Positions 48,895-62,597 of a stretch of 64,000 nt of DNA are shown in pieces; within the stretch, counting starts at the first letter, position 1, and each line of letters starts with the position of its first letter. The notes beneath the pieces are model-generated. The model did not search any database. It worked only from the letters and a program-made list of their open reading frames with translations, and was not told where the DNA came from. This stretch comes from Podarcis tiliguerta (Eukaryota): NCBI GenBank assembly GCA_965153285.1, contig OZ229113.1; one strand, written 5' to 3'. Made by a program: the position numbers and the translations under genes.

Positions 48895-51800
48895 TCCTGT
48901 TTTTAGAAGCTACCACTTTTCACATTGGGTTGCATTATTGTATTTAAGTATTTATCACTATCCTTCAGGGTCTCATTTGACTTATTTCTCTGGTTTTAAC
49001 TGCATGATTTAAAATAGTGGGGTTTTGTTGTTGTTTTGCTATTTTCCATTACTAGTCTTCTTTTGTATGTGTTGCAATTAAATGCCCATTTACCAGGTAC
49101 TTTACTAGAACTGTGTTGTTCAAAGTTAAAACGAACTTTCTAACTAAAGGAAAACTTGACATAATCTGTTAGCTGGATGTGTTTCTGGAGGATTTTGTTT
49201 GTATTTAAGTGTTTGGCTTGGAATAACTTACAGCAGGGGTGGGAAACTATTGGGATGTGGGTGAAGCATGACCCATGGAGCTGTTATCCCCAAGCCCACC
49301 TGTCCTCCTTGTATGTCTGAGGTGAAGCAGGTAAAGACATGGTTGTATCCTCAGATCGGAACTTATTCCTGCAGCTAATCCCAGTAAACTGGCTTGAAGT
49401 CACTACCTGTGGATTGGCTACAAGATGAAAGCTGATCTAGCAACCAATCCCTATAATATGCAGGCTTGAAGTCTGTTGGTAGGTGGTGACTTCAATTCTG
49501 ATGTATTTGCCATGTGAGTGAGCCACCATGGGGATCTCAATAGTGCAGCTGATCCCTACAGATCCCCAGGTCCCCAGTATGGATCCCCAGTCTAGAGCTA
49601 ACTGGGTTTATTCTCATTCAGTTTTGCTTTGCACAAGAAGAAAGCTAAGCATTCACTTGTTACCTCATTTTATCTTATTTCCCTTTCCCACAAAAGGATT
49701 GGGTGAATATTTATGTCCTATTTCCACCCAAAGGAACTATAATTTGCCAAGGGTGTTGTGAGTTAGAGCTTTGTGAGGGTAGACTACAATTCCTAGGATT
49801 AATGGGAGAAAGCTATGACAGTTACATGTGTTTCTTACTGTGTGGTATGCATGTTGCGCAATAGAAGTGTACAGGGAACTCCCCCCTCCCCAATCATAAT
49901 GATCCCACAAACGTTACACAGAGAAGTATAGGAAGGATTTAGGATGTAGGCAATAAGCATTTATCAGATTATTTCAGCATATTTGCAAAACTAGAAGAAA
50001 GAAAGAAATACTTTTCGGCTTGAGCAATCAGAACAATTACCTCACAGCTGCTGTAAAGCTGAAGGTAGTTCAGTTCAATTTTCTACAAGCTGTAGTCCAA
50101 ATGAGAATTGCAAGGACAGCAATGAGCAGCAGCAGCATTTCCTCCCTCCTTTCACCCCCACCCAACTGCCTCTTCAGAATTCATTCAGTAGAGATGAGTT
50201 GCTAATTCTGAGCACTGGGTAGTGATCTCCACACACATTGGAAAGGAGATCATCAGTGGGGGGAAAGTGTCAGAAAAGAGAGCAGTAAGCTGGGGGTTGT
50301 GAAGGATAAATATGACTTCATAATAGCATGGAAGACAAAACAAAGAAACAACCAAACAAATAAAAGCCAGAACTAGTATGTGTTCTTTCAGAAACAATAA
50401 TTTATGAACACTGAACAACTCTGTGGAGCTGCACAGACATTAATAGAAAGGTAACTTGGGATGTTTCCATTTATTTGTTCCTGCTTTGCCGATATCATGC
50501 TTTTTAGCTTGGAAATGGTTCAGTACAGAAGGCTCTCCCATTTCAAATCTGCCTGTCTTCCTGATCCTCCCCAATCACATGGCCAACTCAAGCTAATTGT
50601 TTCTGGGAAGGAGCTTTGTTTTGGGTGGCAAGAATGAAACACCTTTGAGGTCTCAAGTCTCAGCATAGATGCATGTTGTTTTCCAGGGTGGAAATGTGTG
50701 TTTTTATAAATGAGGGCATTTCTTACTATTAACTCCTCTCCCCTTTCAAAACTATGATTTCATTTTTTCGGAAATAGATGCTGTTTTTAGCACAGTAAGA
50801 TCTCTTGCAACAGCAAACTTTGTATTCTCATTATGCCATATATTGAAGAACTCCAGTAATATTGATGAAGAAGACGGAGGAATAATAATCAACAAACACA
50901 ACAACATGGTCCATGTGGACTCAGATATTTCTATCTCATCTTGAGATTTGCTGAAATTCAGGTAATTGGCAAGCAGTTTTACTATGAAGAATCTCCTGGT
51001 GGTGTTTTGACAATTGTTGAGACTAAGTTGGAATCCTATAGGGACATTAGATGATGGTGTTTTCAGCAGATGAGTTACCTCTGGGATTCTGCATATCTAG
51101 TACCACAGTCTGAAACATATTTATTTAGTCTTTTTAAAAGACTATTATTACTTTTGGTGAAAAATATTACAGTGGAATATACGCAAATAAGCATCCTTGG
51201 GATCATTTCCTATCCAAACTGTTCTATGCAGCTGTGAAATAGCTAACAATGGGAAGCATAACAACAAATGAGTAAAACAAAACAAAAAAACTGGATGTGT
51301 TCATGTCTACACTCAGAGTGTGACTAGACATCCATAGTGGCATTTAGACTTTTAGCCTGAAGCACACAGTGGTGCTACCTGGTTTGGGTACCCAAAGCAA
51401 GGTGCCCTCTGGAAAACCGTAATACCACCCTGGCTGCTTCCCCATGCAATTATTCCCTTGTGGATATGCACTACTATCCTACTTGATTTGTCTCCTTAAG
51501 CCATGCTCTGTTTGAGCATCCAGTTGTGCTGCTCAGCAAAGCACTGCCAGAGGTTCTATGTGTGCCTGCCATCTTTATTTCCCCAGCATGGAACAGCACT
51601 TGGATCTTCTGCCAGTGTTTCACTGACAGCCCATCATTTCAAACCCAGTTTTAAAGATAATTAGAAAAGGACAAAACACCTCCCCCACCATCCAAGTTGG
51701 TTGCTTTGAAACTTCCATCCTATTTAAGTTGGGGATTTTTTAAAGAGAGAGAGAGAAGTGGTGGAGGGGGAAGAAGTAAGTGAAATGTGATTAGGCACAG

Positions 51801-52392
51801 TATACTGTATTTATGATGGCTACTGATGCAGACCTCTCCCCCATTATGCCACGCTCCCTTCCATCGCCTGCTGTTATCTCTGTTGTTCATTTGATGTCTG
51901 AGACTTAGGATCAAAAGTCTGGCTCCAGCAAAAATATTGGGTGTGCAACCTTTCTTAGAGAACTAGGTAATAGGAATTTCCTGTTTCCTGTAGAAAACTG
52001 GTGGTTAAGAAGAACCCTTGTGATAATCATGACAATCCCACCTCAATCTACTACTGTGAAGTATGATTGGCTGTCCCTTATGGCAATCACAAGAGACACT
52101 TCTCCTTTTCCAAGCAGAGTTTAGAGCCGATTGGAGTAGGATTGGATTTTTTTAAGAAGTTGGAAAGTAAATGTTTAACTGAGTAAAGCATGCCAAAGTA
52201 AAGTAAAGCCACAGGGCCATGGCCAATTTGCTTTTATTGTTATTGATTAAATTTATATTCCACCCTTCCTCCCAAAGGAACCTAGGGTGGAAAACAACAA
52301 AACAGAAAATCATCATCACCATCATCATCACCACAGACTCCTCACCCCCCCCCCAAAAAAAACACAATTCAACAAGTAGAATAAAGCCAAGT

Positions 52393-52435
52393 GTTTTGTT
52401 TGTTTGTTTTTGTTTGTTTGTTTGTTTGTTTGTTT
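52393..52435. repeat. (GTTT)n microsatellite
   Basis: Imperfect GTTT run. Confidence 0.9.
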
Positions 52436-52544
52436 CAAATGAAATGCCACTCCTTCCAATTATTTTGAAGCTACATCTAAAGTGTGTGAGAAAGGGGAGA
52501 GCCTTGATAAGCCAGGGAAAATGAATAGAAAAGAAGGCATTCTG

Positions 52545-53046
52545 ATAGAATGGCAGAAATGGGCCACCAACATGAGGGAATGGGGAGACTCCCCTTTGAA
52601 GAAAGGTTGCAACATTTGGGATTTTTTAGCTTACAGAAAAGGCAAGTAAAAGGCAACATGGTAGAAGTTCATAAAATTATGCATGGCAAGCAGAAAGTGG
52701 CTAGAGAAAAGTTTTTCTCCCTCTCTCATAACACTAGAAATCCTGGACCTCCAATGAAGCTAGTGTTGGAAGACCCAGGATGGATAAAAGAGAGTACTTC
52801 TTCATGCAATATAGTCCCAGTGAGGAATGGGTGGCCACCAACTTGGATACCTTTAAAAGAGGATTAGACAAATTCATGAAGAAAGCTATTGATGGCTACT
52901 AGCCTTGATACCTAGGCTCTGCTTCCACCATTGGAGGCACCAATGCTTCCAAATACCCATTGCTGGAAACCAAAGGGAGGGAGAGTGATTTTGTGCTCAA
53001 ATTCTGTTTGCTGGTTTCCCACAGGCAGGTTCTCCTTATGTTCTTA
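52545..53046 (+). mobile_element. CR1 LINE 3' end
   Basis: ORF2 C-terminal translation LPFEERLQHLGFFSLQKRQVKGNMVEVHKIMHG...FFSLSHNTR..GPPMKL; ends CTTATGTTCTTA. Confidence 0.92.
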
Positions 53047-53112
53047 AGTTCAAAAGTGCTGAGGGTGCATATAATGGGGTGGAACCACATTTTGCCTATC
53101 TGTGCCAAAAAA

Positions 53113-53240
53113 CAGGTGAGGTCCTCCAGATGTTGCTGAACTACAACTCCCATTATCCTGGGGCACTGGCCACGCTTTCTGTGGTTGATGGAACTTGCAG
53201 CTCAGCCACATCTGGAGAGCCAAAGGATTCTCACACCTCT
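53113..53240. mobile_element. Diverged hAT hairpin MITE
   Basis: CTCCAGATGTTGCTGAACTACAACTCCCAT...CAGCCACATCTGGAG inverted core. Confidence 0.7.
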
Positions 53241-53564
53241 CTAGAGGGTCTGATATGACCTGTTACAATACACCACTTCTACTTTGCAACTATAAAAATG
53301 AAAATCACACGAAATCATCTGCAGGTAGTGTGGAAAGTTATGTGTTCCTTTCAGATTGCAAATGATGTAAAAGAGTTAACTTTTGAGTCATGTCTGATTG
53401 GGTACAGCTGTAACCACTTTCCATAAAATTATGGGAAGGGAGCAGTCTGGAGAGATTTAAATAATCCCAGGAACCTAAATGAGTAATAACTGCATCTGAA
53501 AAATCCTAGTCCAATCTACATCAAACAGAACACACAACCCTCTAGCAAATTGTCATAGGCACTA

Positions 53565-53870
53565 GAAGAAGAATCGGAATCAGAAGAATCTTTATTTGCA
53601 TTAGCCACTAGCCATTGCAATAAAATAAAATAAAGTGAACTGAAGATAGATGTAAAAACTTAACTATACAAAATACATTCTGGAGGTTTACATAAATAAT
53701 CAAATAAGAGATCTTATTCTAATTGCCTCTGCTAATTTTTTGCAGTTTTTGCTGTCACCTGATTATCTTGATCAGCTAGAAAAAAGGACACAGTACCAAT
53801 GGTTGAGTGACCTGGTACAACAATAGCTTCATCATCCACAGAATCCATTAATAAAGATAGCCTCTCTCAC
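53565..53870 (-). mobile_element. Probable LINE 3' end (RTE-X-like)
   Basis: Reverse strand ends AATAAAGATTCTTCTGATTCCGATTC (microsatellite-like tail), preceded by coding-like FFLADQDNQVTAKTAK; family assignment tentative. Confidence 0.4.
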
Positions 53871-53904
53871 CCAGCACAAAAATGATCACCACAAATACCA
53901 CTAA

Positions 53905-54085
53905 AAGCCAGAGCCTTACAGTTGTTCCAATACTTGAGAGAACCAAAACGTTTTTGCCCAATGCTGAAAAGATGGCAAAGTTAGAGGTAGGCAAGTTTCC
54001 TTTAGGAGAGCATTCCATAAATGGGGGACTATCACAGAAAAGGCCTGTCCTCTCTTTGATGCCCCTGTCCTCAACATCTCACAGA
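53905..54085 (-). mobile_element. L2 LINE 3' fragment
   Basis: Translation QAFSVIVPHLWNALLKETCLPLTLPSFQHWAKTFWFSQ matches the L2 ORF2 C-terminal pattern (AFS...P.LWN.LP......L..F...LKT.LF). Confidence 0.8.
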
Positions 54086-57000
54086 AGGACACCCCCCCTT
54101 TTTTGGTGATTCCTCTCTTAGTTGTTTTTTTCATGAAATGGAGCCTCAGGGATTCAGATTCACATAATTCAGGTAATCTTAATAGCCAGTTATTCTTAAA
54201 TGTGTATTCTTGAATCCCATATAAGCACACACACTACATTCACATTACATGGCAGTGCTGTGCTACAGAGAGAAAGAAATGTGGAGATCATTTTTGACAC
54301 AAATTTTCATTTATTCAATGAAGCAATTGGATTCCAGCTCAGTTTAATAAGCATAATTTGCTTTCAAGCCTGATGGGATGTTGAAATAATAAATCAAATG
54401 ACACGGCCCCCAAATGTGCATTTTAAAAACACAGAAACATCAATACACTTTGGTATTCTGAGCTTTGACACATTGTTTCTTTCTTTGATAACACATCAAA
54501 CCGTCCTCTAAAAGATCTGAAGGACTGCAAAGTGTATCGAGGGTAGTTTGCTTCAGCAAAGATCTAAATGGGTTTGGCAACTACTTGAAAATGTCAAGAG
54601 ATTCATAAACAAATATTCACCCAAACACATTCCATCTCAAGCATAGTCGGAATTCTGGAACCACATATGTTTTAAAATATAATCTTCAACTTGGAAAGAG
54701 AATCTATCAGCAGATAATGGATTCCACCAAACACAAGCATTGATTTAAAATGCCACAGGAGAATCTTAGTAGGAATAAAAATGCACTAAGGAAACATGTG
54801 AGCACTAAAACTTTATAGTACATAAACAGCCTCTTTGATGGTTAACATAAGGAATTTGTCAAATATTCACATTTGATTGTCCCAGTAATTTTCTCCATGC
54901 AGTTTTATAGTGCTTAACTAAGTGTGTTTGCAGTAAATGACTGTGCAGTAAATTACAAATGGAAAAGCCTAACCTGCTTTACTTTATCATGTGCACAGAG
55001 CAAGTTGCCTGATGAGGTGCATTGCACAATGCTGATCAGAACGGTTGCACGTCAGGCAACTTGTTTTGTGCACAGTATAAGCCCCTTGCCCCCAACCCAA
55101 GACATAAAAAGAAAAGGCACACATTTCACTTTTTTCAAGGGATCTGGTTAAAAGGTTGGACCCAGCAGAATTGACCTGACCTTTGAAAAGCACATAGAGA
55201 TGAAAGAGGAAGTGGGAAATTGCACCACTCTTCCAACTTCCTCCTTCAGCTCTATGTACTTTTCAAGGGAAAATAAGGTAACCGCTCTCACCACCTCATG
55301 ACCATGGGATCATTGAGTAGGGTAGAGGAGGGTGCAGAGGTTTCATGGGAAATATCAAGGGTGCCGTTGCACCCACAGGAGTCACATTGACAGCCTTTGA
55401 TCTACACATATAAATTTACATTTATAGGGTTGGTATATATACACTGGAGCTTCTAATTGCAGTGAAGAACATCAGTGTGAAATTTACACACTAGGGCTGT
55501 GCAAACCAAATCAGAGGTGGTTACAATTATTTAAAATTCCTCAGTTTTTAAAACCACTGATATCTGACACAGATCACAGATTGGATATCATTTATTGTTT
55601 GGCTTAAAAAATGAAGTAGTTGTTTGAGCTCTAACACCAATCTAGGCTTCGTAGGACAATTCATGGCATGAAACTAAAACACTTTTGCTTATGAAGAGCT
55701 AAGTGAATCATGCTCAGGCACATCGTAATGTGATAGCAAGATTATGCTCTACTAATTTTCTTTTAGACATCTGTGGGTGGCTATAGTCCTCTTGGAAGTG
55801 GGATGCAAAGAAACACTGCCATAATGTAGTAATATAAATCTAGTAGACAGTTCAATTATGAAAGCTCTTTGCTAGCACAAGTCCCATTAAAATGCTTGGA
55901 ACTTGTGCTGGCAGAACACTTGGGGGATCAGATAGTTAGTGCCATAGAATTTTAAATGTCATCTTGATATTTCTTGGATTTCTTGGCTATTTCTACAGGA
56001 GGGATTGAACCCAGGCCTTTCATAATAAAACCGATGGAACTTTCCTCTGAAATTTATTTTTTTATTAAATGGCTCCCCTCTGCAGCAGCATCTTCATTCT
56101 TTCTGCACTGATCTAAATACATTTTTTTGGCATTTATCCTAGGATACTTGCCATCCCAACACTACACTGGAGGCAAAGATGGGTCCAATTTGAGCAATCA
56201 CCCTGGAGTGAGAGAACATTCTGTAGATGTGTAAAAAACTAAAGGGCAGTTCATACATTACAAAGAAGGCAGGGAAAAGTAGAAGCAAAGTGAATTATAC
56301 TTTATGGGGTTTTTTCCACCTCTAACAAGTGAGTGGAAATCTGCCAATTTTGGTTCTTCTATTTCCATTTTTTTTTTTTTAAGTATATGCCCTTTTATGC
56401 AAACTTTGCATTTTTCTACACATTCCTTGGCTTGAGAACTGCACTACAAAATCTGGAGAAGTGTGAATTGCAAAGGATTGCTGTGTTTTAGTTCACATGT
56501 TGCTTTGGAAAATGAAAAAGTAGCTAGGCTTGCCTGAATCAAATTTCTTCTCCACCCCCACCTCCCACAGATGAGATCCATAATCTCTAGATGATTTGAA
56601 GCTAACATCACTTTACAAATATATGTATATATGAGAAATGGCATTATTGTATCCTTTTTCTGTGTTTTTGGCAGAGGTGAGACTAAATATATTTTCCTTT
56701 TTTAAAAAAAGCTTTAGCCCTATGATTTGCCTCCCCCAATATGAATTGATCATGAATATTGCCAAATAGTCTGTGGGCAAAATTTATGCATTCTTGTTTT
56801 TCCCACTTAAGCAGATAGAAATGGGAATCGGCTCTTAGTTGGCTGAAATCTTACAAGAATGTAGCATGTTAATTTTCCTAACACAGAGAAAATCTCAGAA
56901 TCTGAAGAAGCAAAATATAAAATAGATCTGAGAAGCACGATCAGCTACCCCATGGGACAGGATGAGGCAGCTACCTCAGGCAGCAGATTTGCAGTGTCAT

Positions 57001-57401
57001 GGAAGGGCAGCGCATTGTTAATTCTTTTAATTTATGACTGTTGTATTTTTACTGCTGGGGAGGAGGAACTTGTGGTATTTTCTTCTTTAGCTGCCAAAAC
57101 AAAATGGCTAGTCTTAGAAACTATGCACCTAAACCTAGGGGAGGGGGTTGGGGGGGTGATTGTGTATGTTGGGAGCTTAGCTGCTCCGCTTGATAAGAAG
57201 CTGAGATGTTCTTTGAGACTTGATGAAATGCATAGCTCCACATTCTTGTCCCCTTTTCTCTCCCTAGTTTTTGTCTCATGAGTGTCCACAACTTTTCCCT
57301 TTTCAAGCAGCTTGTACTTAATAGTCTCTAGCTGCTAGACCATTTACCATCACTTCAGAGCCACCTTCAAGCTACTTGCTAGAAAGCTTTCCGCACTACA
57401 A

Positions 57402-57436
57402 GGGACCAAGAGAAATTTGGGACCAAGAGAAATTTG
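57402..57436. repeat. 17-bp tandem duplication
   Basis: GGGACCAAGAGAAATTT x2, exact. Confidence 0.95.
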
Positions 57437-57689
57437 AATCTTAGTTCAGCCCAAGTTCAATGTATTCCTGTAATGTAAAGATAACTGCCTGTTACAGGGC
57501 CTACCATCAATATTATTTCACCAGTGCCTACCTGCTATTATATGGCCCTGCCTGATGACAATATTCCATGACTTCTTTAATAAACAATTGATAATTGATG
57601 CACTCTCATAATGAGCTCAGGCTTCCCTACTATAATGTATTGGTGGTTACTGTGTGACATGAAATGGTAAATTGCCAAAAGAGGACTTT

Positions 57690-57850
57690 TCCCATAGATT
57701 TGAAGAACCACATCACTCTGCCCATTCCTTAAAATCAGCTTCAGGGGCCCTGCTTGTCTGCCCACCATCAAGATCAGTTAGGCTAACAGGCATGAGAGAC
57801 AGGGTCCTCTCAGTAGTGGCTCCTAGGCTTTGAAAATCTCTCCCAGTGAT
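57690..57850 (+). mobile_element. L2 LINE fragment
   Basis: GAGACAGGGTCCTCTCAGTAGTGGCTCCTAGGCTTTGAAAATCTCTCCC resembles the L2 RAFSVVAPRLWNSLP region. Confidence 0.55.
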
Positions 57851-60122
57851 TGGTCCCATCAGCACTGGCCTTAAAAAAAAAGCCTTGGTGACCCACTTGA
57901 CTTTAATTTAGAATGACTTTGGGGCTGCTGCTCAGGAGAGCCTGAGAGGAAAGTGGCTGTCAAGAGCAGAAGCTGAGGAAGAACTCTTTCTGTTTTTTTA
58001 ATGGACAGAGGTTCTGAAAGGGTTTTCAACTCACAGGCACCACCCGTAGCTACTCAATCAACTGGTAACAGAAAGAGAGAGAGAGAGAACAAAGTCCCTT
58101 CAATGGTCCAGCTATACATCATTTTTATTTTACAGTTTTTGTGCTCATTGCCATTCCTTATCAACTGAAAAAAAACTCATGCCAGGATATGAATATAAAA
58201 CATAATTCAGAAATATATATGGAAAGGAGCATCATACTGAGGCTAACGACCACAATCCAAATGGTCCATGAAGTTATACATTGAATGCTTTCAGTTATAA
58301 CCAATGTAAATACAAGCCTAAGACCTTCTTCTTAGTGATGCTTGCATTATACAAATTAATCTAACAACAGAATTTTATAAACTTACAAATTAGCACTCTG
58401 AGGATGGGGAAAAAAACTTTCCAAATTTGGAGAGAAGCACCCAGTGCAATGGCTGATAATTTAAACTTCAGCAATATTGTACTGATGCTTTGAGATGTAT
58501 TAATGATTAATGAGGTTGTTCTACAATTTCAAAAGCCATATTTTGAGTCATCACAGTTGACTTCCCATTCATTGCATCTGCCTTTTGTTAATGTGTTGTC
58601 CTTTTGCTTTCCTCGGTCCCAATGCAAGCAGATGATCTATCAGCATAATTTGAATACTGAAAATTAAATGGTTTTAGAGCCCCTTGCCATCACCACTCAT
58701 ATATTAAATGTTTTTAAGTCAACTCATTCAGCAAGGAGATTTTGGATAAAATACAATGTCGTCACTGTCAAGAGATAGAATGCAGAAGTAATGGCTATAA
58801 ATAGATGTATAAAATCATATTGCCAAATCTCAGAAGCGGCTGCTCTCCAGAAGAGCAATGCAATTGACAAGCAATTTAAGCTTGAGTGTGAAAGGATGCA
58901 GAAATAACAAGATTTGCATGAAAAATATTGAGATCATGAGAACATCAAATTTAAACAAAAAAAAAATCCTCATGTGCCTCATGATTAAATCATGAGCGCT
59001 GACATTACTGTTAGAACATTCAATATCCTTGGCTTTGAAAATAGTCTTATAATGAGGAAAGTGTGTATCTGTCTTTACAGAAAGTAAACATTGTTTGTAG
59101 GCTGCCACCTCATTATTATGGGAATCAAGGACACACAAATTTCAAATCGCGAAACTGGTCAGGAGATCCAGTTACAGTTGAGCCTCTGTTGTCAGGAAGA
59201 TAAACCAAAAGCAAAGACGGACGTGGACCTTGCTTGTGAATCGTTCAATCAATCAGAGATTAAACAATACAAAAGGGCAAAAGAATTTCAATCAGACTCT
59301 TGATTGTCTGCTTATTACATCTTATCAGGGGCTAATCTTGCTTAGCAAAGGATAAAGAGTTAGCCTGCTCAGTGATGGAGGCAGCAGATGTAAGGCCAGA
59401 TGACAGGAGAGAGAAACTCTCACATCCACTTGTCATTGGCCCTTTAGGGGTGGGGGAGACCACTTCCAAGATGTGATATAATGGAACATCTGAAAAACCT
59501 GCAGGACTTGTTATTGCAGGAAGGGACGCAGAATCCTGTTCATGCTTTCACCATATATTATTGCCCTCTGAACCTGGATGACATGTCCAGAGGGGTGCCA
59601 TGCTTATTACAAAAATGGAGAGACTTTGACAAGTACACAGAACTATATGAAAAATGCTTTTCTTGATAGACACATTTTTAAAATGTTAAAGCCCCTTTTT
59701 CCTGGTATCGTCACAAGTACCTTTAAGTATTTTAAGCTAATACTTTTATTTGTTGCAGTGTAATTGAAAACTGCAGAGACGGCTACATTTCCAGGTAACT
59801 ATCATTCTCCCAGTAACTCATGACAGATTTTGTAAAGGACATGGTATTTCAACTGAATAAAAGGATAGATAGTAATCTAACTAGGCTATTGTCTCAGAGC
59901 TGCCAAGATCAGCTGCTTCAGTGAACCCTGTTTAATAGGAAATATTAAGCAAGAAAACTTCATGCGTTGCTCTCTAAACAGAAGTGTATTTGTATTTTAA
60001 TTTCCACTGCACCAAACAGACAGATGTGTTATCGTAAAAGGATTGAGAAAACCTTACATTTGATTACAAATAATTAAGCATGGCAGGACATGTCCTGCTG
60101 TGTCATAATCCCATGGAACCAT

Positions 60123-60325
60123 GTCATTTTGTCCTACAAGTTTCGTCATGGCAATGTTTTGGGGCTGACATTTCGTAGCGTTGACATTTCGCCATGCACC
60201 ATTTCATTGCGGCAGCATCTCGTCATGCAGCATGTTGCGACTGACATTTCATCATGGACATTGTCTAGGACATTTCTTCATGCTCCATCTCATTGTTGAC
60301 ATTTTTGTCAGAAGGATATTTTGTC
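60123..60325. repeat. Degenerate tandem array, ~14 units of 12-17 bp (consensus GACATTTCGTCATGC)
   Basis: Recurring GACATTTC(G/A/T)(T/C)CATG units, visible directly. Confidence 0.8.
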
Positions 60326-61961
60326 TTTCCCAAAATGATGGCTCCATCATGTGACAAACACTTAAATGATTATCATTGGGGATCTAATTTGCATTTCTGT
60401 AAATTGAAATGAGCCCAAATGACAAACCAGGAGGCAGAATGGACATCAGAATTAAAATAATGTGATTAGTCCAGTCCCCACTTCATCCTCACAGCAAAAT
60501 GTGTTACCGTTCCCACCTGGCTCTGCTAAAAATGCTCCTCTTTCCTCTTGTATTATGTATGTATACATATGCTGTTTTAATATAGGTAAGTGTTTTAGAT
60601 TGGTTTTTATTATATTATTAATCATTTCAGGATACCTCACACAAAGCGAGTCATTAATTAATTAATTAATTATAGTAATGCCATTTAATGATTTAGATTG
60701 TGAACCTAGCTTACCTGCTAGCTTACCCCACTGAATTTAATAGGACTTACTTCTGAGTAGACATGGTTAGGAGTGTACTGATACTTTCCCTGTTGTTTTA
60801 AGCACTAAGCTGCCCTGAAAGTGGGCTATAAATTATATTTCACTAAAATAAATACATTTTAACATATTATTCCCTGCCCTGAACTTTTTGGGAACAGCAG
60901 AATTACCAAAACAACAAATAAATTCATGTTAACTAAAGGTCACAGAACCTATTCTACAAAAATATAGCATTTGTAAGGTAATTTTAAATCACTATCCTTT
61001 TCCTGAGGAGAAATTAACAGATGCACACAACTGAAGCATTAATTTCTAATACAATGGAGGCTGGACAAAATTAAATTATAGACAAGAAAGAAGCCATAAT
61101 TTTGAAGGTCACATCACTTTCGTCGCACAAACTTAGACGTGTATATAGATACTTTAAGTGTAGATATTTTTCAGCTCTGCACTTTAACACTAACCAAAGT
61201 GGACAGGACTAAACAAGCCCATACTCCAGACTTCATTTTAGAAAATGGAAATCAGGGGGACTCCGCACTAAAGAAATGCTATTTAGACATAAGGAAATGT
61301 TATCTGCATCCATGCTTGCCAACGAAGGGAGGATTGTATTCAAGACATGCCTTCTCAAGCTTGTTGAAAGAGGGGAAAAGATTAAAGCACGCCTCAAAAA
61401 GCCATTCACTGGGAAAATGGGGTTTACCTTCTTGAAATGTTACCATTTCCTTTTTTACAATTTAATTCAAGTGTCTTCAAGTTTCTGATTCAAGTTGGAA
61501 AACAACAACAAGCTGTAGTATGGTATGTCAGTTTTTATTTGACACGCCTAAAATGCTTAAGATGCTCAGAATTATCCCTTGCAAAAAAAGTGTCAGATCG
61601 GCAAGCATATGTGTTGACTGCTACTCCTGCTTATAATACAAGCAAGTGGAGGAGGAATTAATCTGTGTAGGAGTGATCTGGAAGTATTGGAGCAAGAAAA
61701 TATGATGCGATACCTTTCTGGGTTGACAGGCCCCACATCAGTCAGGCCACAACTGAGTGCCTGCACTTAAATCCTGACCTAGAGGACTATTTGCCAGCTC
61801 AGGGTCCACAAAGTTATCCTGGAAGTTGGAGCAGGAATGCAGCAAGCAGAGAAGAACTGTCCAATACATTTTGCTGCCTGACGTGAAGGACAAGATGGCA
61901 GCCTTCTCCTCAGTCCGTGTCTGGGCATTGTGGTATGTGGCCTGCCCTGCACCACCTAAAC

Positions 61962-62097
61962 CAGGCATGGCCAAACTTGGCCCTCTAGCTGTTTAGGGAC
62001 TACAACTCCCATCATCCCTAGCTAACAGGACCAGTGGTCAGGGGTGATGGGAATTGTAGTCCCAAAATAGCTGGAGGGCCAAGTTTGGCCATGCCTG
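61962..62097. mobile_element. hAT-Charlie-type hairpin MITE (136 bp)
   Basis: Arms CAGGCATGGCCAAACTTGGCCCTC / GAGGGCCAAGTTTGGCCATGCCTG; perfect TSD ACCTAAAC (61954-61961, 62098-62105). Confidence 0.96.
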
Positions 62098-62462
62098 ACC
62101 TAAACCATCCTACTGCCCTGAGATGTAAAAATGCCACCCCAACACAAGAGTCAGCTTCCCGTCTTGGAAATATTTCCCTTGGAATGTAAGGGGGAATAAA
62201 TCTATGGTATTTTTTTCTTTGTTTCTACAACTTATTTACATTCAACAATGCGCTACGGTGATCAGTCTATCAGTGCAAGTATTTCTGCTTGCCAGATGGA
62301 GCATTCACCCCTCTCCTACCCTAGTGTGCTGATCTGGCGTTCACCCAACCGCCCGCCCACCCCCTATGCCGACCTGATTTTGGGACACACACACACAGGG
62401 AAGTAACCTGTTGTGCTAGCAAGGCTCCTTGCACTGGCTCCTGCTAGTGCAACTATTTAGTT

Positions 62463-62597
62463 CAGGCTTCCTCAATTTGGCCTTCCAGATGTTTTTGACC
62501 TACAACTCCCATGATCCCTAGCTAGCAGGACCAGTGGTCAGGGATTATGGGAATTGTAGTCTCAAAGCATCTTGGGGGCCGAGGCTGAGGAAGCCTG
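62463..62597. mobile_element. hAT-Charlie-type hairpin MITE (135 bp)
   Basis: Termini CAGGCTTCCTCA / TGAGGAAGCCTG; perfect TSD ATTTAGTT (62455-62462, 62598-62605). Confidence 0.93.

Noticed and set aside
48387-48947. 186-aa plus-strand ORF (also 35231-35614 and 12734-13042)
   Set aside because: Antisense frames of Bov-B fragments.
59091-59303. 70-aa ORF with protein-like composition
   Set aside because: Non-ATG start, no recognised homology, length within chance expectation.
60123-60325. CRISPR-like array
   Set aside because: Vertebrate DNA; units are ~15 bp, degenerate and contiguous, with no unique spacers and no cas genes.
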